Below are positions 11,591-28,592 of a stretch of DNA of 64,000 nt, in pieces. Source of the stretch: an uncultured delta proteobacterium (GTDB lineage Bacteria; Desulfobacterota; Binatia; UBA9968); assembly GCA_963745035.1 (NCBI GenBank), contig CAVUVW010000017.1:323501-387500 (forward strand), read 5' to 3'. A model generated the notes under the pieces. It saw only the letters and a program-made list of their open reading frames with translations, was not told the origin of the DNA and searched no databases. The translations under genes were made by a program, and so were the position numbers. Numbering within the stretch: the stretch's first letter is position 1; the number at the start of each line of letters is the position of its first letter.

Positions 11591-12034
11591 TCAGGTCTCG
11601 TCGAAGTGATTGTATTCGAGCCAGTACCATTTGAAGGACCTGGCGAGATCCTCAAGCTGCTCCGGGGTCGGCGGTTTGACCAAGTAGGAGTTGGCGCCCA
11701 GGGCGTAGCAGCGGCTGAGATCGCTGGGTTCGTTGGAAGACGTAAGCACGATTACGACCAGGGAATCCAGTTCTTTCCGGCGCCGAATCCATGCCAGGAC
11801 GTCGTGCCCCGATACGTACGGCAATTTTAGATCGAGAAACACCACCGCCGGCATCGGATAGCTGTTCCGGTCGGCAAATTTGCCCGTGCCACTCAAATAG
11901 TCCAGCACTTCTTGGCCGTCCTCCACGACATAGAGCTCGTTCACCACGTGAGCGGCCTTGAGCGCTCGCTTCATCAAGAACACATCGTCTTCGTTATCCT
12001 CGACCAGGAGTAACGCGCGATTCGTCGTTGTCAT
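11591..12034 (-). CDS. Single-domain response regulator
   Basis: LLLVEDNEDD, FLDLKLP, GANSYLVKP; close paralog of 8900..9327. Confidence 0.92.
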   Translation of the reverse strand: MTTTNRALLLVEDNEDDVFLMKRALKAAHVVNELYVVEDGQEVLDYLSGTGKFADRNSYPMPAVVFLDLKLPYVSGHDVLAWIRRRKELDSLVVIVLTSSNEPSDLSRCYALGANSYLVKPPTPEQLEDLARSFKWYWLEYNHFDET

Positions 12035-12482
12035 GTTTCTCCTCGTTCAGTAACGACCAGAAACGACTCCCTTGGTTTGCCTCCGACTCGACCTCCACCT
12101 CGCCGCTCATGCGCTGCGCGGCTTTCCGGACAACCGCCAAACCTATTCCTGTTCCGCCGTATTTTTTCTCCGGGTGGACTTGGCCAAATATCTGAAAAAC
12201 GCGCTCGTGATGCACCGGCTCGATGCCGATGCCGTTGTCCTCGACGAGGCGCTCGGGCCGCCCTGAGACTGTGGTGATCTCAAGATCGAAAAGCTCCTCG
12301 AAGGCGAGTTTTTTGAGCGCGCCGACGTCGCTCGTCGTTTGACTGCCGGTCTGCGCCGTGACGTTTTCCACGAAGAGTGAGAGGAGCGCCGCCGTAATGG
12401 CGACGCCCGTATGTCGCCACACATTCTGCCGCGTCGTCCCGAGTTTCTGTTTTGCTGATGATTTTGGTGTGGCAGGACTCAT
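11994..12482 (-). pseudogene. Chimeric ORF: TonB-dependent receptor N-terminus fused to a histidine-kinase HATPase tail
   Basis: Signal-like AITAALLSLF plus LKKLAFEELFDLEITTVSGRPERL (TBDR start) joined directly to VEDNGIGI...GGTGIGLAVVRK...GSRFW. Confidence 0.7.
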
Positions 12483-12903
12483 GGGATACCTCGAGCCGCC
12501 GATGCAAACAAATACATTCCAATACCCACGACAGAAGATTGTGTCAATTCAGAAACTTGTCCGGGTAAAAAAATCGCGTGCTTGGAATCAGGCGGGCATC
12601 AACATGTCGCGTATTCAGGACATAGCTAAAAGGGATCTGCCATTTCATGCATCAAAGTCATGAGCAGATCGCCCGGAACTAAAGCTGGCGCGAGCGGATG
12701 CGTGAGGATTGCGGTGGCTCCCGTTAAGGCCGAGCATGGGCAAATCAGAAGCGTTCTGTCACGGGATGAACAAGGACAAAAAATGCGCCCAGTCGTTTCC
12801 GTGTTCTCAGCGAAAGACCACGGAACCCGAAAAAACTGTGAGTTGACGTTGGAGGGAACGTTTAAAACCAGGAATCGTGCTTACTGGCAAGCAGCGCGCT
12901 GAT

Positions 12904-14319
12904 TCAGGCGGATTTTTTGAAATCCGCCACGCGGATCTCGTGCTTTTTCAGCAGGTCGTAGAAATCGGCCCGGTATTTTCCGGCGATCTCGGCGGCGCGG
13001 GTGGCTTTGCCATCGCACATTTGCAGCAGCCGGATAAGATAGGCTTTTTCGAACTCCGCCCGCGCCTCTTTGAGAGTCTTGAACGAGCCCGGGGTGGTGG
13101 GCAGGAGCTGGGTCTGAATCGCCTCATCCGTCGACGCCACGCCGTTGCTACTTCTCGTTTGCAGAACCAGATCGTCGGTGATGACGTCTTTCTGCGTCAT
13201 TGTAACGGCGTATTCGAGCGCGTTTTCCAGCTCGCGCACGTTTCCCGGCCAATCATGCTGCATGAGCTTGTGCATCGCTTTGGGCGAGAGTCCCTTGATC
13301 GGTTTTTTCATCTGCTGGGAGATTTTCTTGAGGAGATGGTCTACCAGATAAGGAATATCTTCGGGACGATCTTTGAGCGGCGGCAGAATAATCGGGATGA
13401 CATGAATGCGATAAAACAGATCCTCGCGAAAGTTGCTCTTTTTGACTTCTTCGATCAAATCTTTCTTGGTCGCCACGACTACTCTTACGTCCACTGATAC
13501 CGGCTTCTCGCTCCCCACCGGATAAAATTGCCGCTCTTCCAGCGCGCGCAGCAATTTTACCTGGATGGACAACGGCATATCGCCGATCTCGTCCAGGAAG
13601 AGGGTGCCCTCGTGTGCCTGCGTAAACAGACCCTTGGTGCTGCGCACCGCTCCGGTGAACGCACCCTTTTCATGGCCGAATAGCTCGCTTTCCAGCAAAG
13701 TCTCCGGAATCGCGGCGCAATTGATCGCGATGAAAGGCTTGTCCTTGCGGTCGCTTGCCAGATGGATCGCCTTGGCGATGAGTTCCTTGCCGGTGCCGCT
13801 TTCGCCGTGGATGTAAACCGTGGAATCGGACTTGGCAATGCGGCTGACGGCTTCGAGCAGGCCTTGCATCTTATCGCTCTTGGCGACGATGTTGGCAAAA
13901 TCGTATTTTTCCTTGAGCAGGCCGCGAAGCCGCTGGTTTTCCGTGGCGAGTTGGCGGTTTTGCAGAGCCCTACCGATCTGCAGCACGAGCTCGCGCGGAT
14001 CAAAAGGCTTGGTCAAATAGGTGTAGGCGCCGCGCTTCATCGCCTCGACCGCACCCTCGACGCTGGCATGGCCCGTCAGGATGATCACCGGCATTTCGGC
14101 GTTGATTTCATGCAGTTTTTCCATCAACGCCATGCCGTCCTGGTCGGCGAGCCGCAGGTCGACGATCGCCAGATCAAAAACCCCTTCGCGCGCGGCCGCC
14201 AGCGCCGGTTCGTCGCTGACGGCTGTGAACACGCCGTACCCCGCTCCTTCGAGTCTCGCCCTGGCTAGCTCGAGCAGGTTCTTGTCGTCGTCGACGACCA
14301 AAATTTTCGCGGCAGCCAT
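12904..14319 (-). CDS. Sigma54-dependent response regulator (REC-AAA+-Fis HTH; NtrC/GlrR-like)
   Basis: [43 protein letters not shown] and a C-terminal HTH. Confidence 0.93.
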   Translation of the reverse strand: MAAAKILVVDDDKNLLELARARLEGAGYGVFTAVSDEPALAAAREGVFDLAIVDLRLADQDGMALMEKLHEINAEMPVIILTGHASVEGAVEAMKRGAYTYLTKPFDPRELVLQIGRALQNRQLATENQRLRGLLKEKYDFANIVAKSDKMQGLLEAVSRIAKSDSTVYIHGESGTGKELIAKAIHLASDRKDKPFIAINCAAIPETLLESELFGHEKGAFTGAVRSTKGLFTQAHEGTLFLDEIGDMPLSIQVKLLRALEERQFYPVGSEKPVSVDVRVVVATKKDLIEEVKKSNFREDLFYRIHVIPIILPPLKDRPEDIPYLVDHLLKKISQQMKKPIKGLSPKAMHKLMQHDWPGNVRELENALEYAVTMTQKDVITDDLVLQTRSSNGVASTDEAIQTQLLPTTPGSFKTLKEARAEFEKAYLIRLLQMCDGKATRAAEIAGKYRADFYDLLKKHEIRVADFKKSA

Positions 14320-14690
14320 TGGTACCCCTTCTATTCCTTTCTATTGGTTCCTACGCAAGTTCACAACCCCGCGCTTGACGGGAAGTCGCATCGCCCCCGA
14401 GAGGTCCAATTTGCCTTTCGTTGTTCTGTGACAGCCGCCCTGAGACCGCCGATAGCGCCAAAACGTTCAGACATTTGTCCGATCCGCCCGCAGGCTCGCA
14501 ACGGACGCTACGCTATGCCAGGCAGTGCCTGACATGTCCCCCGATTGGAAATCTCTGATTCGCCTCTGGACGATTGCGCGCTCCACGAAAAATTGGGGTA
14601 TCCGTTTGCCAGCGACGACGCTGCCGATCCTTTGCCGAATCGACTTCCGTGAGGTCTCACGCCGAGTTTATTCTCGCCTCGCAAGTTATA

Positions 14691-14705
14691 ACAAGCTGCG
14701 TGCCA
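14691..14705 (-). promoter_or_regulatory. Putative sigma54 -24/-12 promoter
   Basis: TGGCACGCAGCTTGT: correct spacing, TTGT in place of TTGC; about 370 nt upstream of the sigma54 activator gene. Confidence 0.5.
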
Positions 14706-15069
14706 ATCTGCGGCACTGGTTAATCTATTGTTTTTTCGAGGACGCCGCGAGAATCGGACAGTTGAAAAATTTATTTTTGTAGGATTTTTTCCTACGTGAA
14801 GGGATTTCCCTAGCCTCGGCGCTTGCAATCGACAGTTTCTTCGCGGCAGTGACTCATTCGACTTCTGTTTTCCGGCTTTGCGGTTCTCATGCGCCTTTTT
14901 ACTTTTGTCTTTTCGCTTTGCCTTTCTTCACTTTCCCGCGGCTTGCTTCTCGCCGCTTACGGTGCGACAAAGAAACGAACGTTTGCGCACAACCAGTCGA
15001 TAGGTTTGACTAACGGCCGCCGCGCCGGTTGCGCTGGATGACTTCGCGGAGATTTGCCGAAAGGCGGTT

Positions 15070-16251
15070 ATGTTCGCGCCCTTTTTAAATATCAGTTTCC
15101 CGGATGTCATCGATATTCTCGTCGTCGCGGTCCTGCTGTATACGGCCACGGCGTTTCTCAAGCAGACCCGCGCCGCGTTTATCATTCGCGGCATATTTAT
15201 CCTCGCGGCGATCTACATCCTGGCGCGCTATCTCGACCTCCAGTTGACCGCTTGGCTGTTCCAAGGCTTCTTCGCGATCTTCTTGATCATCATCGTCGTG
15301 ATTTTTCAAGAAGAGCTGCGCCAGATCTTCGAGCGTATCGCGGTTTGGAGCTTGGCGCGGAAAAGCGGGCGGCCCCTGGGCTCGAGCACCAGCGATATCC
15401 TGGTCGGCGCGGTGTCGGACTTGGCCAAGGAGAAAATCGGCGCGCTGATCGTCGTTCAGGGCAAAGATCCGATCGCGCGCCACGTGATGGGCGGCATCGA
15501 GATCGAAGGCAAGATCAGCGAGCCGCTGCTGAAGAGCATCTTCGATCCTCATTCGCCGGGTCACGACGGCGCGGTGATCGTGGAGAACGACCGCATCTCG
15601 CTCTTTGCCGCGCATCTGCCGCTGTCCAAGGATTTTCAGCAGTTGGCCAACGTCGGCACGCGCCATAGCGCCGCGCTCGGCATGGCCGAGCTCAGCGACG
15701 CGATTTGCATCGCGGTTTCCGAGGAGCGCGGCACGATCTCGGTGGCCCGAGCGGGGCGGCTCCGGCCGGTCAACAACATCCAACAGTTGAGCCTGTTGCT
15801 CCAGGCGTTTTTGCAGGAGAAATATCCGTCGAGCCCGCGCGGTTTATTGTCGGTCTCGCTGGTGCGCGAGAACTGGCTGGCCAAACTGGTCACGTTCTCA
15901 CTGGCCGTAGGACTTTGGTATGTTTTGGTTCCCGGCTCGAGCACCACCGAGGTAACCTACAACCTGCCGGTGCAGGTGCAGAACCTGCCGCCCGACTTCC
16001 GGGTCGAGGATATCCAACCGCCCGCCGTGACCGCGACCTTCACCGGACCAAAGCGCGCTTTTTACTTTTTCGATCCGAACAGGCTCCGGGTCGAAGTCGA
16101 TCTATCCTCCGCCGAGATCGGCCGAAAAACGTTGCGCATCTCCGAGCAAAACATCCGCCATCCGCCCACCCTCACGCTCCAGCAGCTTAATCCGACCACC
16201 TTGCGCGTCTCGGTGCGCAAGGTGTCGCAGGAGCAGATCAACAAAGGCTAG
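15070..16251 (+). CDS. cdaA: Diadenylate cyclase (CdaA type) fused to a YbbR-like C-terminal domain
   Basis: Three N-terminal TMs, IFQEELRQ, KIGALIV, SPGHDGAV, GTRHSAA, AVSEERG; then ENWLAKLVTFSLAVGLW and a YbbR-like beta domain. Confidence 0.85.
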   Translation: MFAPFLNISFPDVIDILVVAVLLYTATAFLKQTRAAFIIRGIFILAAIYILARYLDLQLTAWLFQGFFAIFLIIIVVIFQEELRQIFERIAVWSLARKSGRPLGSSTSDILVGAVSDLAKEKIGALIVVQGKDPIARHVMGGIEIEGKISEPLLKSIFDPHSPGHDGAVIVENDRISLFAAHLPLSKDFQQLANVGTRHSAALGMAELSDAICIAVSEERGTISVARAGRLRPVNNIQQLSLLLQAFLQEKYPSSPRGLLSVSLVRENWLAKLVTFSLAVGLWYVLVPGSSTTEVTYNLPVQVQNLPPDFRVEDIQPPAVTATFTGPKRAFYFFDPNRLRVEVDLSSAEIGRKTLRISEQNIRHPPTLTLQQLNPTTLRVSVRKVSQEQINKG

Positions 16252-16297
16252 CCCGGATTATTCGCAGAAACTCGATCCAAAAAGAATACTGCAGCGC

Positions 16298-19652
<3,355 letters not shown>

Positions 19653-19656
19653 CGCA

Positions 19657-21663
19657 TCACATAAAATAATCGAAGTCCTGCTCGCGCCGGATACGCCGGC
19701 GCAGGCGTAAAATATGCGCCGGCGCGGTTTGCGGATCGAGCTGGACGAAATTTCTTTCGCCGTGCCACACAAAGCGCGCGCCGCTCAGCAGATCGTGCGC
19801 CTGATACGACTCCAGGGGATCGATACCGAAGCTCTCCGTGGGAATTTTCACCCAGCCGGATTGGACGTGGTGCGGATCGAGGTTCACCGCCACCGCGATC
19901 ACGTTGCCGCCGTCCTCCGAGTATTTGGTGTAGCAAAGAATCTGCTCGTTATCGACCTCATGAAAACGCAGGCGGCGATCGCTCTGCAGCGCCGGGTTTT
20001 CTTTGCGGATCTGATTCACCCGAGCAATGAGGTCCTTCAGGCTATCGGGGCTTTCGCGGTTCCATGACCGGATCTCGTACTTCTCCGAGTTCAAGTATTC
20101 TTCGCTGCCCGGCTCGCGCGGGCTATTCTCCATGAGCTCGAAGGCCGGACCGTAGATGCCGTAGCTCGCGCCCAAGGTCGCGGCGAGGATGAGCCGCACT
20201 ATGAAGGCCGGGCGACCGCCGAATTGGAGATACTCGCTCAAGATATCCGGAGTGTTGGGCCACAGGTTGGGACGAAAATACTCCCGTCCCTCGCCTTCGG
20301 TCAGCTCGCGGAAGTAGCGCGTGATCTCGTCCTTGGTGTTGCGCCAGGTGAAGTAGGTGTACGACTGAGTAAAGCCCAGCTTGGCGAGCTCGTGCATCAC
20401 CTTCGGGCGGGTAAACGCTTCGGCGAGAAAAATCGTCTCGGGATGATTTTTTTTGACGTCGCCAATCAGCCACTGCCAGAACGCCATCGGCTTGGTGTGC
20501 GGATTGTCCACGCGAAAAATTCGGATACCCTGGTCGATCCAAAACTCGACCACGCTCAGCAGCTCCCGCCACAGTTCGCGCCACTGCGCCGAGCCGAAGT
20601 CCAGCGGATAAATGTCTTCGTATTTCTTCGGCGGATTTTCGGCGTATTGAATCGAGCCGTCCGGGCGAACGCGAAACCACCCCGGATGCTCTTTTACGTA
20701 GGGATGATCGGGACTGCATTGGAAGGCCAGATCGAGAGCGACCTCGACGTCTAGGGCCTCCGCTTGCTGGACGAATTTTTTGAAATCCGCCAATGTTCCG
20801 AGTTCAGGATGGATCGCTTTATGACCACCTTCCTTGGCGCCGATCGCCCACGGACTGCCGGGATCATCCGCGGTGCTCATCACCGCATTGTTCTTGCCCT
20901 TGCGATGGCTGCGGCCGATCGGATGGATCGGCGGCAAATAAAGCACGTCGAAGCCCATCGCGGCGACATAGGGTAGGATTTTTTCGCAGTCTTTAAATGT
21001 GCCGTGCCGCTGCGGTTGGGCGGCCCACGAGCGCGGGAACATCTCGTACCACGAGCTGAAACGCGCTTTTTCACGATCGACGACAATCACTAAGTCTTGG
21101 GCGTACTTCGTCGCCGACGTCCGGTCGGGGTAACGCTCCACCGCGCGCGCCAAGTCGTCGGCAAGCGCCAATGCGAGCCGGTCTGCTAGGCTTCGGCTGG
21201 GGTCACGCAGGCTGGCAACGCGCTCAGCGAGTTCCTTGCCTTGCGTGCCGGCGCGCTTGGCGGCTGCCTCGATCAGCAGCGCACCGGACAGCAAGTCCAA
21301 TTCGCCGTGGACCTGGGCGGCGACTTTTTTCTCCAGGTCGCGGCGCCAAGACTTGAAAGGATCGAGCCAGGCGATGATCGAATAGACATAGCGCCCGAGC
21401 TCCGCGGCGACAAAGCTGCCGCGCCAGCGGTCGTTCACCAACGCCGTCATCGGCGCTTCGCTCCATTTCTCATCCTGCTCGCGCCGAAACAACAGCGCGC
21501 TGGAAATCGCTTCGTGGCCGTCCACGAAAATATCGGCTTCCACCGTCACGGTATCGCCCCGGGTGCGCTTCGCCGGAAATTGCCCGCCATCGATCTCCGG
21601 CGTAACGCCCTCGATCACGACGCGACGGTTGAGATCAGGCGATGGATTGGCCGCTCGCCGCAT
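19657..21663 (-). CDS. glgE: Alpha-1,4-glucan:maltose-1-phosphate maltosyltransferase
   Basis: SSWYEMFPRS, LYLPPIHPIG, YAENPPKKYEDIYP, FRVDNPHTKP, FLAEAFTRP. Confidence 0.95.
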   Translation of the reverse strand: MRRAANPSPDLNRRVVIEGVTPEIDGGQFPAKRTRGDTVTVEADIFVDGHEAISSALLFRREQDEKWSEAPMTALVNDRWRGSFVAAELGRYVYSIIAWLDPFKSWRRDLEKKVAAQVHGELDLLSGALLIEAAAKRAGTQGKELAERVASLRDPSRSLADRLALALADDLARAVERYPDRTSATKYAQDLVIVVDREKARFSSWYEMFPRSWAAQPQRHGTFKDCEKILPYVAAMGFDVLYLPPIHPIGRSHRKGKNNAVMSTADDPGSPWAIGAKEGGHKAIHPELGTLADFKKFVQQAEALDVEVALDLAFQCSPDHPYVKEHPGWFRVRPDGSIQYAENPPKKYEDIYPLDFGSAQWRELWRELLSVVEFWIDQGIRIFRVDNPHTKPMAFWQWLIGDVKKNHPETIFLAEAFTRPKVMHELAKLGFTQSYTYFTWRNTKDEITRYFRELTEGEGREYFRPNLWPNTPDILSEYLQFGGRPAFIVRLILAATLGASYGIYGPAFELMENSPREPGSEEYLNSEKYEIRSWNRESPDSLKDLIARVNQIRKENPALQSDRRLRFHEVDNEQILCYTKYSEDGGNVIAVAVNLDPHHVQSGWVKIPTESFGIDPLESYQAHDLLSGARFVWHGERNFVQLDPQTAPAHILRLRRRIRREQDFDYFM

Positions 21664-24491
21664 GAGCGCTCTCCTCGGCCGCCGGCCGAGCGCCGGCGCG
21701 CGCTTCTTGAATCAGCAAAGCCACGGGAAAATGTTGAAAAACCTTTGCGAGGGGCAAGAGATTCCCTGCCGCTTCGATGAGCTCACCGCTGACCACATCG
21801 CGCCAATACTCGGGCGCTTCCGGAGACAGACGGAGCGTGCTCGATTCCCAGAATTCCGCCAACGGCATACCGCCGCGAAACACCGTTGCGCCGATCAAGC
21901 GCGGCACGATCGTGATGGCCCAGGAGCCATTCGAACGCCGGGCAAAAGCGCAGACCCGGTCTTTCATCGCGCCTTCGGCCTGCAGCGGCAGATATTCCCC
22001 CTCGACGAAAAGCGCGGCGGACTCCCGGCGCGCGGTCAACAGTTTGTAGCTGAGGTAAAGTTTGATCCGGCCGTCCTGCCAGCGCGCGAGCAAATCTCTC
22101 AGCAAAGCAATGCGATCCCGCGCTTCGGCGGTCTTAAGGTCCGCGAGCTGACGGCGCCGCTCGGCAAAGTCCACCGGTCGGCGGTTGTCCGGATCGACGA
22201 AGCTCAAATCCCAAAACTCCGTGCCCTGATAGGTATCCGGCACTCCGGGAGCGGTCATTTTCAACAACGTCTGCGCCAGAGAAAGCAACATGCCGCTGTG
22301 AGCTACGCTTTCGGCGAACGGCACGAAATCGGCCAGGAACCGATTGTCATCGCCGGGCCGCAAGATCGCCTCGGCAAAATCGATAAAGCCCTTTTCGTAA
22401 TCCTCGTCGGGCTTGAGCCATTCGGTGTGGACCTTGGCCTCGCGCACCGCCTTTACGAGGTAGGCTTTCAGACGCTCGATAAATTCCCCGTCATGCGCGC
22501 CGGCGGCGGGATAGGCGCCGAGCAGAGTTTGATAGAGAAAGTACTCGTCGTTGCGGTCGGGAACCTCCCCGCCGCGGATCTTGGCCTTGTGCGAACGGTT
22601 AATTCTGACCCAGTTTTTCAGCCGCTCTTCCCACTCGCGCGGCAATTCCGACAAGACAGTGATCCGCGCGCGCGCGTCTTCGCCGCGCTTGGTGTCGTGG
22701 GTCGCCGTGGCGTTCATCGCGTGCGGCCAGCGCCGGCGGCGCCGGTTGAAATCGTGAAATTCATCGACCGTCACGCCGAACCGATCCGGGTCGCCGCCGA
22801 CGTCATTGAGCGACACCAGGCGGTTATAGACGTACAAGGTCGTGTCCTCGAAACCCTTCGCCATCAGCGGCCCGGTGAGCTGCTGGAAGCGCATGACGAA
22901 ATGAATCCAATGATTTTTTTCCTCCTCGCTCTGGTGCTCGCTGAAATCGAGCAGCAAAAATCGTCTGATGAAATTGAGCTCGAGCAGCAATCCGGCATTG
23001 CCCGCTTTGGCGCGCTCGACGGCGGTGCTCAGCCAATGCCGGTCTTGGGCGCTGCAATGGCCGGGGCTGACATAGCTTCGGTAAACCGGAAAATAGGCCA
23101 GTACTTCGACCAGCGCTCGCTTGAGACCGTAGAGGGTCACGTCGGCGGCGTGGCGGTCGCGGCTCGACACGCTTCTCAGCAGAAAGGCCAGGCCTTCGAT
23201 ATCGCCCGCCATGTACTTGCCGATGATCAGCCGTTTTTTTTCGACCATGAGCATGCGCGGCAGGACGTGTGAGGCCGGTGAACCGCTCGTAGATCTGGCT
23301 GAACAGCCGGCGCTGTTCGCGCGCGCGCAGAAAATCCCGTTTACGTAATTGAGAAACTCGTAGCCGGTGCTTCCCTGCACCGGCCATTCGGTCGGCAGAT
23401 CTTCGTCGAAGGCGAGAATTTTTTCCACGATCAGGTAAGATGTCGGGAAGATCCCGCCGCAGCCGCATGAGATAGCCGAGCGGATCGTACAGGCCGTCGA
23501 CGTGATCGATCCGCAGGCCGGTGAATTTGCCTTCGCCGCAAGCTTGAGCACCAGCGCGTGGGTATGGCGGTAAACCCGCTCCTCTTCCATGCGCAGCGAG
23601 ATCAGCTCGTTGATGTTGAAGAATCTCCGATAGTCGAGCTCTTCGGCGGCGACTTTCCAAAACGACAGCCGATACCATTGCTGCGACAGCAGACGATCGA
23701 GCTGGTTGAAGCTTTCCGGCTCGCCCTGGATGCCGTTGAACCGCGCCACATTGTCGTCGAGGTGGCGGCGGATCGCCTCGTTGCCGCTGTAGAGCTCCCA
23801 GAGAATGCGTTTGACGAAAACGATCTGGTCGGCGCGCTCGGCGCGCGTCCTGTCTGGGCGCGATGTTTTTCAGCGCGTAGAGCACGCCCAGGAGCTTGAT
23901 GTAGTCGAGATGATCGGCGCCGATCCGCCTTCTGAGCGCCGGCAGATTGTCGGTCAGGACCTCGCTGTAGGCTTCGATGTTGACCGGCAAGGTCAGCGAA
24001 AAATAGACGATGTGCAGGCCACGTTCATCGTAGCGCAGACTGATTTCGCCGTTCTCCAGGCACTCGCCGTAGAAGCGGCCCAGGAACGGCGCGAGCACCT
24101 TCCCTTTCATGCTCTCATAGGGATGATTCCATTGAATGTCGAAGAAGTCGGCGTAGGGCGAAGCCGGACCGTTCTCAAGCACGTCCATGAGCAGCCGGTT
24201 CTGCGAATCGTAGGCCATGTGATTGGGCACGATGTCTTGCAGCCAGCCGAGCCCGGCGCCGCTGCGCCGAAGCGACCAGCGCCTCGAACTCCTCGACGGT
24301 GCCGAGCTCAGGGTTGAGCCGGTTCGGATCGACGACGTCGTAACCGTGCTGGCTTCCCGGCCGCGCATGAAAGATCGGCGAGGCGTAGATGTCGGTGATG
24401 CCGAGGTCGCGCAGATAATCGATCACGGCCTGGGCCTGAGCGAAGCCGAAATCCGGCGTGAACTGCAGCCGGTAAGTTGCCCCGGGAATTC

Positions 24492-24495
<4 letters not shown>
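21635..24495 (-). CDS. treY: Malto-oligosyltrehalose synthase, split by several frameshifts
   Basis: [84 protein letters not shown]. Confidence 0.92.
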
Positions 24496-26734
<2,239 letters not shown>

Positions 26735-26738
<4 letters not shown>

Positions 26739-28582
26739 GCTCGATTCTCCTGCTGAAAAAGCACAGCGGCGTACGCGCCGAGCGCAATCGATATTTTTTT
26801 CCCGCCGTCAACGCCGCCGGGGCTTTCGCTCCCCGTGCCGCCCCAGCGAGACTCGGTCGAATCGAATACCTTACGCCAGCGTCCCGGCGCGAGAGGAATA
26901 TCCACCTTGTGCCGCCCACCGTCGAGGTTCGCCAGCATGAGCACCCGATCATTTTCCCAATGGCGCTCGACTGCGAGTACTTTTTCTTTGGAGTAATCCG
27001 TTACAGTGGTGGCGTTTTTCTCCGCGCGCGCCAGCGCCGGCAGGGATTTTCGCAGGCGCATCAGCTCGCGATAAAATTCCAGCAACGTTTTATGCTCGCC
27101 GCCGGCACGCAAATCGTGGCGCAGCTTGGCGCTCAAGAAAGTCGCCTCGTCCTGCGGGTCGGGAACCTCGCCCTGCCACTGAAACGAGGCGAACTCCTCG
27201 CGCCGGCCGCGGCGCACCGCAGCGATCAGCTCGGGATCGGAATGGCTGACGAAGTAGGGAAACGGCGCTTTCTCGCCGTATTCTTCGCCCATGAACAAAA
27301 GCGGCACGAAGGGCGAGAGGATGACCAGAGAGGCCGCAAGCTTGAGCTGCTCGAGCGAAAGCGTCTCGCTCAACCGATCGCCGCGCATGCGGTTGCCGAT
27401 CTGATCGTGGTTCTGTGAAAACACCACGAACTTGCGCGCGGCGATATCCGCCGACGGGCTGCCATGCCGGCGTTTGCGGAACGGCGAATACTCGCCGGTG
27501 TAGATGAAGCCTTCGCGATAGGCTTTGGCGAGCTGACTGAATTCGCCGTAGTCTTCGTAGTAGCCGGCGCGCTCGCCGGTAAGCAAGGTGCGCAGAGCAT
27601 GATGGAAATCGTCGTTCCACTGGCCGTCCAAGCCGTAGCCGCCGCGCTCGCGCGGGCGCAGCAAGCGCACGTCGTTGTCGGCGCTTTCGGCGATCAGCAG
27701 CATGCGCCGCCCCGAGCGTTCCGCGGCGCCCTCGACCGCGCCCGTGAGATCCTCGAGAAACGTGATCGGCGAGTGGTCGAGAATGGCGTGGACCGCGTCG
27801 AGGCGGAGCGCGTCGATCCGGCAATCGCCGAGCCAGTAGAGCGCGTTCTCGATGAAAAATTCCCGCACCTGGTCGCTGTAAGCGCCGTCGAAATTGAGCG
27901 CCGGCCCCCAGGGCGACTGATAGCGGTCGGTGAAGTACGGCCCAAAGTCGCCGAGATAGTTACCTTCGGGACCGAGATGGTTGTAGACGACGTCGAGCAC
28001 GACCGCGAGACCCCGCCGGTGGCAGGCGTCGACCAATTTTTTTAAGCCGGCGGGGCCACCGTAGGCGTGGTGCGCCGCGAACGGATAAACGCCGTCATAG
28101 CCCCAGTTGCGCGCGCCCGGAAACTCGGCCACCGGCATGAGCTCGACCGCGGTGATGCCCAGATCGGCGAGATGATCGAGATGAGGAATAACCGCCTCGA
28201 AAGTTCCCTCCGGCGTGAAGGCACCGATGTGAAGCTCGTAGATGACGTAGTCGTCGAGCGCCGGGCCGGACCACTGCGGATCGTCCCAGGAAAATTGCTC
28301 GTCGACTATCGCCGACGGGCCGTGAACGCCTTGCGGCTGCGAGCGTGAAGTCGGGTCGGCGCGCTCGCTTTCCGGTCCAAGGCGGTAGCGGTACAGATCA
28401 CCCGGCGCCACGCCCTCGACGATCGCCTCGTGATAGCCGTGCCCGCTCTTTTCGAGTGGAATGAGCCTATCGGTGCCGAGCAGGCGCACGCCGACCGGCG
28501 CGATCAGCGGCGCCCATACGCGAAAGCGACAGGTTTGATGCCCGAGATAGGTAGCGCCGAGCTTGGAAGCGGTTTCACCCAT
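26735..28582 (-). CDS. treZ: Malto-oligosyltrehalose trehalohydrolase
   Basis: [61 protein letters not shown]. Confidence 0.94.
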
Positions 28583-28592
28583 GGCCGTCGCG

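Noticed and set aside
14350-14420. GGCAAA-containing stretch as a c-di-GMP-I riboswitch
   Set aside because: I could not find the GNRA tetraloop/receptor and downstream GCAAAGC elements with the right architecture.
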